Source: Phreatobacter sp.
GTDB taxonomy: Bacteria > Pseudomonadota > Alphaproteobacteria > Rhizobiales > Phreatobacteraceae
NCBI GenBank assembly: GCA_052440005.1
Contig: JBQVQL010000013.1
Coordinates: 1,583 to 65,582 of the forward strand
Length of the DNA stretch: 64,000 nucleotides
Direction of reading: 5' to 3'
Below the pieces are notes generated by a model. That model worked only from the letters and a program-made list of their open reading frames with translations, was not told the DNA's origin and did not search any database. Below, in pieces: positions 36,688 through 46,142 of this stretch. The translations under genes were made by a program, and so were the position numbers. Every line of letters begins with the position of its first letter. Position 1 is the first letter of the stretch.

Positions 36688-37962
36688 TCAGGCGCGCGGC
36701 AAGAGGCGCGTGACGTCGCGGGCCATGTCGGCGAGGGCGGCGTCGACGCCCGCCTTCTGCTCGACCACACGAGAGACGTTGTCGGTGATGACGGAGGAGA
36801 TGCGGACGCCGTTGGAGCCGGGGAAGGCGTACCAAGGCACCATGATCGGCATCTGCCGCACGCCGGTCATGAACAGCGGGTTCTCGCGGTAGAAGTCGCC
36901 GAGGTGGCGCGGATCGTCGGCGGCGAGCTGGTTGACCGGCACGTAGCCGGTGCCCTTGACCATGACCGCGGTGCCCTCCGGCGAGGTGCAGTGACGCAGG
37001 AAGCGGTAGGCGGCCTGCCGCTTCACCGGGTCCTTTGCCAACACCATGCCGGCGGCGCCGCCGGTCGGCAGCCGGCCACGGGCGCGGTCGCCGAGAGGGA
37101 ATTCCCAGGTCGCGAGCTGGAAGTTTCCGCCGAGGGAGCGCTGGGCCTGGCGCAGGAAAGCGGTCGACCAGAAATACATGCCGACACGGCCCGCGGCGAA
37201 GGCCTGGGCGCCCGCCTCGCCCGACAGGGCGGGCATGCCGCCCTCCTTCACGAGGCGGTCGAGCACGGTGAGGGAAGCCCGGCCTTCCGGCCCGGCGAAG
37301 CCGATCTCGCGCTCGGCCTCGTCCATCATCCGGCCACCAAAGCCGAAGAGGAGGGCCGAATAGATCCAGTCCCCCTGCCAGCGATAGTAGGAGCCGTGGA
37401 CGCCGCCGCCGAGGGCGGAGATCTTCCCCGAAGCCTCGATGATCTCGTTCCAGGTCGTCAGCTTCCGGTCGGGGTCGAGCCCGGCGCGGCGGAACAGGTC
37501 GGCATTGACGAAGACGATGGGATTGGAGGTGGCGAAGGCGAGGCCCGCCTGGACGCCGCCTGCCTTGCCGAGGCCGAGCAGTTCCTGCGTGTAGCCGAGC
37601 TTGCCGGCATCGCCCTCGGCGGCGAGCAACGGCGCGAGGTCGGTGGCTAAGCCGCGCTCGGCAATGACGCGCAGGCGGTTGAGGCCCTGGAAGGAGAGGT
37701 CGGGCTGGCGACCGGTCACCGCCTCGCGCAGGACGAGTTGGGCGCCGTCGTCGTAGCTCGCGCTCGCCTGCCGATAGCTCACCTTGATGTCGGGGTGGGC
37801 GGCCATGGCGTCGGCGGCGAGCCGGTCCATCACGTCCTTGTAGACGGCGGGCATCGCGTAGTGGACCTCGATCTCCACCGGCGCCGCAAAGGCGAGGCGC
37901 GGGGCGGCAAGTGTCGCGGCGGCGGCGGCGAGGGCGGTGCGGCGGGTCAGGCGGACGGTCAT
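36688..37962 (-). CDS. ABC transporter substrate-binding protein (family 1), paralogue 2
   Basis: Tat-like signal MTVRLTRRTALAAAAATLAAP. PDLSFQGLNR and WYAFPGSN blocks. In tandem with paralogue 3. Confidence 0.85.
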   Translation of the reverse strand: MTVRLTRRTALAAAAATLAAPRLAFAAPVEIEVHYAMPAVYKDVMDRLAADAMAAHPDIKVSYRQASASYDDGAQLVLREAVTGRQPDLSFQGLNRLRVIAERGLATDLAPLLAAEGDAGKLGYTQELLGLGKAGGVQAGLAFATSNPIVFVNADLFRRAGLDPDRKLTTWNEIIEASGKISALGGGVHGSYYRWQGDWIYSALLFGFGGRMMDEAEREIGFAGPEGRASLTVLDRLVKEGGMPALSGEAGAQAFAAGRVGMYFWSTAFLRQAQRSLGGNFQLATWEFPLGDRARGRLPTGGAAGMVLAKDPVKRQAAYRFLRHCTSPEGTAVMVKGTGYVPVNQLAADDPRHLGDFYRENPLFMTGVRQMPIMVPWYAFPGSNGVRISSVITDNVSRVVEQKAGVDAALADMARDVTRLLPRA

Positions 37963-37996
37963 CGCGAACTCCGGGGACGACGGGGGCGGGCCGGGC

Positions 37997-38845
37997 TCAT
38001 CCCTTGAGCCCGGTCATGGTGATGCCTTCGATGAAGCGGCGCTGGGCGAGGAGGAAGGCGGCGACGAGGGGCAGCGTCGTCAGGGTCGCGGCGGCCATCA
38101 GGGCGCCGAAATCGTCGCCGGCCTCTTCCGTTCGGAAGTAGACGACGCCGAGGGCCGGGGTTGCGAGCTCGCCCTTGCCGGAGACGGCGATGAGCGGCCA
38201 GAACAGGTCGTTCCAGTGGGCGACGACGGAGAAGATCGCGAAGGCGGTGGCGGCCGGCCAGGCGTTGGGAACGACGATGCGCCAGACGATGGACCATTCG
38301 CCGAGGCCATCCATGCGCGCCGCCTGGATCAGTTCGTCCGGCATGGAGCGGAAGAACTGGCGGAACATGAAGATGGCGAAGACCGAGATGGTCGAGGGCG
38401 CGATGAGCGCCGCATAGGTGTTGAGGATGCCCGTCTTGGCGAAGGCGATGTAGAGCGGGATGGCCGGCACATGCGCGGGGATCAGCAGGCCGAGCATGAC
38501 GAAGGCGAAGAGCGTCTCGCGGCCGCGGAAATGGAGCTTGGCGAGCGCGTAGCCGGCCGGGAGGGCGAAGGCGAGCTGGAAGACGAGGATGCCGAAGCAG
38601 ACGATGGCGCCGTTGAGGAGATAGCGGCCGATCGGCACCTCGGAGAGGACGCGGCCGTAGTTCTTCTGGATGGCGAAGGTCTCGGGGATCAGCGACATGG
38701 AGGCGCGCCAGACCTCGTCCAGCGGCTTCAGCGACACCGAGATCATCCACAGGTACGGCATCAGGAAGAGCAGGCCGAGCGCGCTCAGGATGGCGAGGCG
38801 CGGCAGGTCGGCGAGAAGGCTGCGGTCGTTGGAACCGGGGATCAT
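37997..38845 (-). CDS. ABC transporter permease (UgpE/MalG-type)
   Basis: 282 aa, 6 TM. EAA-loop-like DELIQAARMDGLGEWSIVWRIVVP. Paralogue of 27286-28131. Confidence 0.9.
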   Translation of the reverse strand: MIPGSNDRSLLADLPRLAILSALGLLFLMPYLWMISVSLKPLDEVWRASMSLIPETFAIQKNYGRVLSEVPIGRYLLNGAIVCFGILVFQLAFALPAGYALAKLHFRGRETLFAFVMLGLLIPAHVPAIPLYIAFAKTGILNTYAALIAPSTISVFAIFMFRQFFRSMPDELIQAARMDGLGEWSIVWRIVVPNAWPAATAFAIFSVVAHWNDLFWPLIAVSGKGELATPALGVVYFRTEEAGDDFGALMAAATLTTLPLVAAFLLAQRRFIEGITMTGLKG

Positions 38846-38852
38846 GACCGCC

Positions 38853-39785
38853 TCACCCGTAGTGCACGCGCCGGTCGATGAGGCGCGTCTGGATCAGCAT
38901 CAGGACGACCACCACCGCGAGGAAGACGACGGTGATGGCGGCGGAATAACCCATGCGGAAGTAGGTGAAGCCCTCCGTGTACATGGTGTAGAGCAGCACC
39001 TCGGAGGCCTTGTTCGGCCCGCCCTGGGTCAGCGTCGCGACGATGTCGAAGACGCGCAGCGAGCGGATCATGGTGATGGTCAGGACGAAGAGCGTGGTGG
39101 GGCCGAGCAGCGGCCAGGTCACCGTCCAGAAACGCGACCAGCCGGAGCGCACGCCGTCGACCTCAGCCGCCGCGTAGAGGTCGCGCGGGATGGCGGTCAG
39201 CCCCGCCAGGAACAGCACCATGTTGAAGCCGATCTGCTCCCACACGCCGATGATGGCGAGGGTCCACATGACGCTGTCGGAGGAGCCGAGCCAGTTCGGG
39301 CCGACGATGCCGAGGCCGCGCAGCAGCGCGTTCACCGGGCCGATGGTCGGGTGGAACATGTACTGGAAGGCGGTCGCCATCGCGACCATCAGCGAGACGA
39401 CGGGCAGGAAGAAGACGGCCCGGAAGAAGGTGCGCCCGCGGCGGCCGCCCTCGATGGCGAGCGCCAGGGCGAGGCCGCCGACGACCGAGGCCGGCGTCGT
39501 CACCGCCACGAAGAAGGCGGTGTTGCGGAAGGAGACGACGAAGCCGCGGTCTTCCATCAGCTCGGCGAAATTGGCGAAGCCGACGAAGCGAAGGGCGGTG
39601 GCGCCGAGCTCGTAGTCGGTGAAGGCGATGGCAACGACGGCGAGCGTCGGCACCAGCAGCATCAGCACGAAGGCGAGGATGGCGGGGCCGGTGAGTAGCC
39701 AGGCGGCCAGCGCCTCGCCGCGGCCGATCGGGTCAGCGCGGCGGTCGGATGGCGCCAGCGATGCGGGAAGCGCGAGGTCAGACAT
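38853..39785 (-). CDS. ABC transporter permease (UgpA/MalF-type)
   Basis: 310 aa. Starts MSDLALP like 26341-27276 and overlaps the ATPase gene by 8 nt. Confidence 0.9.
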   Translation of the reverse strand: MSDLALPASLAPSDRRADPIGRGEALAAWLLTGPAILAFVLMLLVPTLAVVAIAFTDYELGATALRFVGFANFAELMEDRGFVVSFRNTAFFVAVTTPASVVGGLALALAIEGGRRGRTFFRAVFFLPVVSLMVAMATAFQYMFHPTIGPVNALLRGLGIVGPNWLGSSDSVMWTLAIIGVWEQIGFNMVLFLAGLTAIPRDLYAAAEVDGVRSGWSRFWTVTWPLLGPTTLFVLTITMIRSLRVFDIVATLTQGGPNKASEVLLYTMYTEGFTYFRMGYSAAITVVFLAVVVVLMLIQTRLIDRRVHYG

Positions 39786-40971
39786 AGCGCGGCACCCGCA
39801 CCAGCGGCCCGGGCGCCGCCGGCGCCTGCACCTGGCGCGCCGCCTCGGCGCTGATCAGGCCGACGCGGGTGCCGGCGGCGTCGAAGGCGAGGAGCCGGCC
39901 CGGGAGCGGCGCGACGCAGAGGACGTGGCGCGACGGCGTCGTCTCCCAGGCCTCGGGGTCGAGGCGGACGATCAGCGCCGTGCCGGTCGCCTTGTGCTCG
40001 CCATAGACCAGCACCTCCGCCCCGAGGAACTCGACATGGCGCACCGCCAGCGGGAGGCCGTTGGCCGCAGGCACGAGGTGCTCGGGCCGGATGCCGGCCT
40101 CGATGCGGCCGCCGGTCCGCGGTGCCACCTCGCCGGTGGCGAAACCGGCGACGACGACGCGCCCCTCGGCGTCCGTCTCGGCAGGCAGGATGTTGATGCG
40201 CGGCGAGCCGATGAACTTCGCCACGTCGATCGTGGCAGGCTGCTCGTAGATCTCGCGGGGCGAGCCGAACTGCAGCACCACGCCGCCGAGCATCACCGCC
40301 ACGCGGTCGGACATGGTCATGGCCTCGGCCTGGTCGTGGGTGACATAGACCGTCGTCACGCCGACGCGCCGGTGCAGGTCGACGAGCTCGCGCCGCATGT
40401 CGTGGCGCAGGGCCGCGTCGAGGTTCGACAGCGGCTCGTCCATCAGGAAGGCCCTGGGGTGGCGGACGATGGCGCGGCCGAGGGCGACGCGCTGGCGCTG
40501 GCCGCCGGAGAGCTGGCCGGGGCGGCGGGCCATGAGATGGTCGATCGAGAGGAGCTTCGCCGCCTCCTCCACCTCGCGGCGGATGGCGGCGCGGCGCTCG
40601 GCCGTACCCGAGACGAGACGGCCGAGAAAGGGAGCCCGCTCGAGGGCCGACAGGCGACGCATGACCAGCGGCAGGGCCATGTTCTGCTCGACCGTCATGT
40701 GCGGATAGAGCGCGTAGTTCTGGAACACCATGGCGACGTCGCGGTCGGCGGCGCGCCGGCCGGTGACCTCGGCGCCGCCGATGACGACACGGCCGCTGTC
40801 GGCGCTCTCCAGGCCGGCGATGATGCGCAGGAGCGTGGTCTTTCCACACCCCGAAGGACCGACCAGCGAGACGAAGGCGCCCTGGTCGAAGGCGAGGCTC
40901 ACGCCCTTGAGGACGCGCGTCTCGCCAAAGGATTTCTCGATCGCATCGAGGACGATACCGGCCATGCCCAC
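39778..40971 (-). CDS. ABC transporter ATP-binding protein (UgpC/MalK-type)
   Basis: Walker A GPSGCGKTT, signature LSGGQRQR, Walker B FLMDEPLSNLD. Paralogue of 25164-26348. Confidence 0.9.
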   Translation of the reverse strand: MGMAGIVLDAIEKSFGETRVLKGVSLAFDQGAFVSLVGPSGCGKTTLLRIIAGLESADSGRVVIGGAEVTGRRAADRDVAMVFQNYALYPHMTVEQNMALPLVMRRLSALERAPFLGRLVSGTAERRAAIRREVEEAAKLLSIDHLMARRPGQLSGGQRQRVALGRAIVRHPRAFLMDEPLSNLDAALRHDMRRELVDLHRRVGVTTVYVTHDQAEAMTMSDRVAVMLGGVVLQFGSPREIYEQPATIDVAKFIGSPRINILPAETDAEGRVVVAGFATGEVAPRTGGRIEAGIRPEHLVPAANGLPLAVRHVEFLGAEVLVYGEHKATGTALIVRLDPEAWETTPSRHVLCVAPLPGRLLAFDAAGTRVGLISAEAARQVQAPAAPGPLVRVPRYV

Positions 40972-41060
40972 CCGCTCCGTGATGGGGCTGGCCTACGCGG
41001 CTTCGACGACGGAACGGCAACGCGCCGATGACGGTTCACCGACGATTGGACGACGCTCCC

Positions 41061-41078
41061 GTGACGGCTCGCGACGGC
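41061..41078 (-). promoter_or_regulatory. weak PHO-box-like repeat oriented toward the minus-strand ABC operon
   Basis: Minus strand reads GCCGTCG-cgag-CCGTCAC (7-4-7 spacing, about 9/14 to CTGTCAT-N4-CTGTCAT). Confidence 0.25.
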
Positions 41079-41084
41079 GTCCGG

Positions 41085-41102
41085 CTGTCGTCGTGCCGTC
41101 AT
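41085..41102 (+). promoter_or_regulatory. PHO-box-like direct repeat upstream of the gpdQ-like gene
   Basis: CTGTCGT-cgtg-CCGTCAT, 12/14 matches to CTGTCAT-N4-CTGTCAT, centred about 55 nt upstream of ATG 41147. Confidence 0.4.
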
Positions 41103-41146
41103 GCGCCGCCCCTAGGCAGCCGGCATCGTCCATCCGGAATCGCGCC

Positions 41147-41971
41147 ATGCTGCTCGCCCATCTCACCGATCTCCACGTGCGCCCCCACGGGCTTGCCGCC
41201 TACCGCACGGCGGAGACCAACATGCTGACGGAGCGGGCCATCGACGCGGTCCTGGCCCTCGATCCCAGGCCCGACGCGGTGCTGATCACCGGCGACCTGA
41301 CCGACAACGGCCTCCCCGCCGAATACGAGAACCTGAAGCGGATGCTGTCGCGGCTGCCGATGCCGGTCTGGCTGATCCCGGGCAACCACGACCGCCGCGA
41401 GAACCTCAAGGCGATGTTCGCCGACTTCCCCGGCCTGTCGGACCATCCGCATTTCGCCCAGTGGGCGACCGACCTCGGCCCGGTGCGTCTCGTCGGCCTC
41501 GACACGGTGGTGCCGGGCTCCGGCGCCGGCCGGCTCTGCGCCGAGCGGCTCGCCTGGCTGGAGGAACGCCTCGCCGAAGCGCCGGGCAAGCCCACCATCG
41601 TCGCCATGCACCACCCGGCCTTCGTCTGCGGCATCCATCACATGGACCGGATCAGCCTGCTCGAGGGCACGGCGGAGTTCGAGGCCGTCATCCGCCGCCA
41701 CCCGCAGGTGGTGCGCGTCCTCGCCGGCCACCATCACCGGCCGATCCAGGCGCTGTTCGCCGGCACCCTCGCCATGGTCGCCCCCTCCGTCGCCCACCAG
41801 GTGGTGCTGGACCTCAACGACAAGCCTGCCGGGCAGTTCAACTTCGAGCCGGCGGCCTTCCACCTGCACCTGTGGACGGAGACGTCCGGTCTCGTTAGCC
41901 ACACCGCCTATGTCGAGAAGGCGGCGGGTCCCTTCCCCTTCCTGCGCGACCCCGACTATCCCGGCGCCTGA
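41147..41971 (+). CDS. gpdQ: GpdQ-like glycerophosphodiester/phosphodiester phosphodiesterase (metallophosphoesterase, CpdA class)
   Basis: Start re-picked at ATG 41147. MLLAHLTDLHVR, AVLITGDLTDNG, LIPGNHD, VAMHHP, LAGHHH are the GpdQ-type metal ligand blocks, in the same order as Enterobacter aerogenes GpdQ. Confidence 0.8.
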   Translation: MLLAHLTDLHVRPHGLAAYRTAETNMLTERAIDAVLALDPRPDAVLITGDLTDNGLPAEYENLKRMLSRLPMPVWLIPGNHDRRENLKAMFADFPGLSDHPHFAQWATDLGPVRLVGLDTVVPGSGAGRLCAERLAWLEERLAEAPGKPTIVAMHHPAFVCGIHHMDRISLLEGTAEFEAVIRRHPQVVRVLAGHHHRPIQALFAGTLAMVAPSVAHQVVLDLNDKPAGQFNFEPAAFHLHLWTETSGLVSHTAYVEKAAGPFPFLRDPDYPGA

Positions 41972-42042
41972 GGCGGGAATCTGCGACCGGGCTGAACCGG
42001 GCTGGACCGTCCCAGCGCCGAACCACGGCAGCCTGGCCCGCT

Positions 42043-42545
42043 CATGGTTTCGTGGACGCGCAGTTAAGCCAATCCCACATTCCGTTCGAACTCCATCGGG
42101 CTGACGCAGCTTAGGGTCGAGTGCCTGCGGACAGCGCGTTGGAACCTCTCGACCCAGTTGAACACGTCGGCCCGGGCCTCGTTGCGCGTGCGGTAGGCCT
42201 TGCGTTGCCGGATCGGCTCATCGAGCAAGCGACGCCATGGTCGGCCATCAGCTTCTGGAGCTGCTCGCTGGCGGACGCGAACCTCATGTCACGTCCTTCG
42301 CGAAGTAGGCTGCGGCCTTCTTCAGGATGTCACGTTCCGCGTTTGGCACCCTCCCGCCGCAGTTTCCAGATCTCAAGCTGCTCCGGCTTCATCTGACCGT
42401 GACCTGGAAAGGCATGGCAGGGATCGAACGCCAGCTCCCGCACCCATTTGCGCAGCACGTTCTCGTGCAAGGCGTTCGCACAGCGAACCTATTCCCGAGC
42501 AGGCGAGCCTATCGAGCTCCCCAGGCCATTGTGGAAATGCCACTT
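42043..42545 (-). mobile_element. degenerate IS3-family insertion-sequence remnant (orfA/orfB fragments, internally deleted)
   Basis: Minus-strand translations give ALHENVLRKWVRELAFDPCHAFPGHGQMKPEQLEIWKLRRE, then frame-shifted RDILKKAAAYFAKDVT*, then MRFAS..QKLMADHGVACSMSRSGN, then KAYRTRNEARADVFNWVERF..RRHSTL..SPMEFERNVGLA* (stop 42064-42066). These are IS3 OrfA/OrfB hallmarks compressed into about 0.5 kb. Ends are approximate. Confidence 0.7.
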
Positions 42546-42556
42546 GAATAGGAGCG

Positions 42557-42967
42557 GTGGCCCTTGTTGCTCGTTGGAGGGCCATGGGTCATGCCACGCG
42601 ACACCCTTTGCTCGTATCCAAGGTCGCAAGCAACGCGGCGTTCTTGGTGCCGTGCCTCGTAGCATTCACGAAGGGCCTGATTGCAACCGCAGCGCTCACT
42701 CTCGCGGTCGCGATCGTCTCCGCGTTCTATCACCTCAGCGACGAGACGCACCTTCGTTGGCTCGATCAGCTGCTGGCGCTCTGTCTCGTCGCGACCAACG
42801 TCTACATGCTTGCTGCGGCCGGCATCCCCTTGCCTAATGCACCTGTCGCAGTGTTGCTGTCGCTCCATGCACTTTACCACTTTTACTTTCGTGGAGAGGA
42901 CGATTGGCAGTGGCATTGCTCGTCTGCAGCGATCACAATCTGCTGCGTGCTGGCCCATACCTCCTGA
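42557..42967 (+). CDS. hypothetical 4-TM membrane protein in a lower-GC patch
   Basis: 136 aa (GTG 42557, or ATG 42584). Hydrophobic helices (AAFLVPCLVAF, IATAALTLAVAIVSAFY, LLALCLVATNVYMLAAA, VAVLLSLHALYHF). GC is visibly below its neighbours. Confidence 0.5.
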   Translation: MALVARWRAMGHATRHPLLVSKVASNAAFLVPCLVAFTKGLIATAALTLAVAIVSAFYHLSDETHLRWLDQLLALCLVATNVYMLAAAGIPLPNAPVAVLLSLHALYHFYFRGEDDWQWHCSSAAITICCVLAHTS

Positions 42968-43247
42968 CATGTCGGCACCCTATCCGGCCGATGAGCGGAC
43001 GCGGCAGGCGATCAGTCCGCCTCGCTAGTCATCCTCATTCTGAGATGAGGGGGCGCTTGCACTGACGGCCTTCGAAGGGGAATAGGACGAGAAAGTTGAT
43101 CCACCACCCGCCAACGGACATCGGTCGGGGCAGACATGGCACAGGTCTATGGCGCTGGTCCGCTCCGCGGAGTCCGGAATCACGAAAACCGGCGGAGGTC
43201 GCCGCTCCTGACCGGACGCCCCGGGGCGCGGGCTCCGAGGGTTCACC

Positions 43248-44627
43248 TTAGGCGTCGATTTCCGCGCGCATGAAGGCGAGGAAGCGGGCATCGTCCGCAT
43301 AGGCGACGTTGACGCGGATCGCCGGCCGGTATCCCACCCGGTCCAGTGTGAAGATCGAGCTCGGCGCCATGAAGATCCCGGCATCGGCCGCCCGCGCCGT
43401 CAGCGCCATGTCGTCGAACCCTTCTGGAAGCGGGCACCACAGATAGTAGCCGCCCGACGGTGGGCTGAAGCCGGGGAGGCCCAGCCGCCCGAGGTTGTCG
43501 GCCGCGGCCTCGCTCGCCCGCGCCACGCGGTCGCGCAGCCGCCTCAGGTGGTGGCGGTAATGGCCCTCGGCCATGAGGTCATGGATGAGCCGCTCCACAT
43601 AGCCGGAACTGTTCACGACGGTCAGCATCTTGACGTCGGTGAGCGACCGGATGACGTCACGATGGCCGGCGATGTAGCCGGCGCGCAGGCTGGCCGACAG
43701 CGTCTTGGAGAAGGTGCCGACATAGAGGACGCGGTCGAGGTGGTCGAGCGCGGCGAGGCGAGGCGTCATCGGCGGCAGGATGTCGGCGAAGGGGTCGTCC
43801 TCCACCACCATCATGTCGTGGCGCTCCGCCGCCTGCAGCAGGCGGTGCAGGCTGGCGAGCCCCATGGAGGTGCCGGTCGGGTTGTGGGCGAGCGCCTGGG
43901 TGAAGAACAGCTTCGGCCGGTATTGCACGGCCTTGGCCTCGAAGTCATCGAGATCGGGTCCCTCCGCCGTGCGCAGGATCGGCACCAGCGTCGCGCCCAT
44001 GAGGCGCAACTTGCCGAACAGCGGGTAGTAGCCCGGACTGTCGACGAACACCGCATCCCCCGGCTCGAGGAAATGGCGGACGATGAGGTCGAGCCCGTGA
44101 TTGGCGCCGAAGGTCATCAGCACCTCGGCGGAGGTGGCGGGAATGGAGCGTTCGATCAGCTGGTGCGCGATGCGCTCGCGCAGCGGCTGAAAGCCCTGCG
44201 GGGCGCCGTAGCCATGCTCCATTTCGCCGCCGCCGAGGCCCGCGCGCGGCCGCAGGAACCGCCTGAGTTCCGAGCCCTCCATCCAGCTGGGCGGCGGGCG
44301 GCCGTCGCCGACCCTGACGGCATGATGCTGGTCGAGCTGTTCGCGCAGCAGCGACAGATGGTCGATGGCCGCGGCGACATGGGCCGGCCGGACCTCGACG
44401 CCGCGGCGGCGCGGCGCCGCCACGTAGAAGCCGGACCCCGCCCGCGGCTCCAATGCGCCCGACGCGACGAGCCGGTCATAGGCCTCCACCACGGTATTCT
44501 TGGCGACGCCGTATTCCTGCGCAGCCGCCCTGACCGAGGCGATGCGCCGGCCCGGCGGCAGGTGCCCCTCCTCGATCAGCTTGAGGATGATCGCCGCGAT
44601 CTGTTCGGAACGGCTCGTGCGCATCAA
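43248..44627 (-). CDS. MocR-subfamily GntR regulator (wHTH fused to a PLP-dependent aminotransferase-like domain)
   Basis: 459 aa. N-terminal GntR HTH (LPPGRRIASVRAAAQEYGVAKNTVVEAYDRLVASGAL) plus a fold-type-I aminotransferase-like domain (FTQALAHNPTG, YVGTFSKTL). Confidence 0.9.
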   Translation of the reverse strand: MMRTSRSEQIAAIILKLIEEGHLPPGRRIASVRAAAQEYGVAKNTVVEAYDRLVASGALEPRAGSGFYVAAPRRRGVEVRPAHVAAAIDHLSLLREQLDQHHAVRVGDGRPPPSWMEGSELRRFLRPRAGLGGGEMEHGYGAPQGFQPLRERIAHQLIERSIPATSAEVLMTFGANHGLDLIVRHFLEPGDAVFVDSPGYYPLFGKLRLMGATLVPILRTAEGPDLDDFEAKAVQYRPKLFFTQALAHNPTGTSMGLASLHRLLQAAERHDMMVVEDDPFADILPPMTPRLAALDHLDRVLYVGTFSKTLSASLRAGYIAGHRDVIRSLTDVKMLTVVNSSGYVERLIHDLMAEGHYRHHLRRLRDRVARASEAAADNLGRLGLPGFSPPSGGYYLWCPLPEGFDDMALTARAADAGIFMAPSSIFTLDRVGYRPAIRVNVAYADDARFLAFMRAEIDA

Positions 44628-44632
44628 ATCGT

Positions 44633-44642
44633 ACCAGCTGGT
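44633..44642. promoter_or_regulatory. perfect 10-bp palindrome in the mocR/HMGR divergent spacer
   Basis: ACCAGCTGGT immediately upstream of the mocR-like start. GTACC recurs 47 bp away (44631 and 44678). Possible MocR operator. Confidence 0.3.
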
Positions 44643-44762
44643 TTACTGGCACAGTTGGGCGGACGATAGGCCGAACTGTACCTTGTGGGTTCGCGCAGAC
44701 TGGCCAAACTCTCGTGAAAATCAAGCGTGGTCCGCCGTGGCCGCCGTCTGAGGAAACTGCCG

Positions 44763-46073
<1,311 letters not shown>

Positions 46074-46142
46074 CCAGCGCATGGGGGACGTGCCCCGACG
46101 CGCGTCCTCGTCCACAACCAGAACAAATCTTGGAGGAATCCC

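Noticed and set aside
43025-43384. 119-aa minus-strand ORF overlapping the 3' end of the MocR gene
   Set aside because: It lies in an alternative frame of a well-supported gene and extends into low-GC non-coding DNA. No motif.
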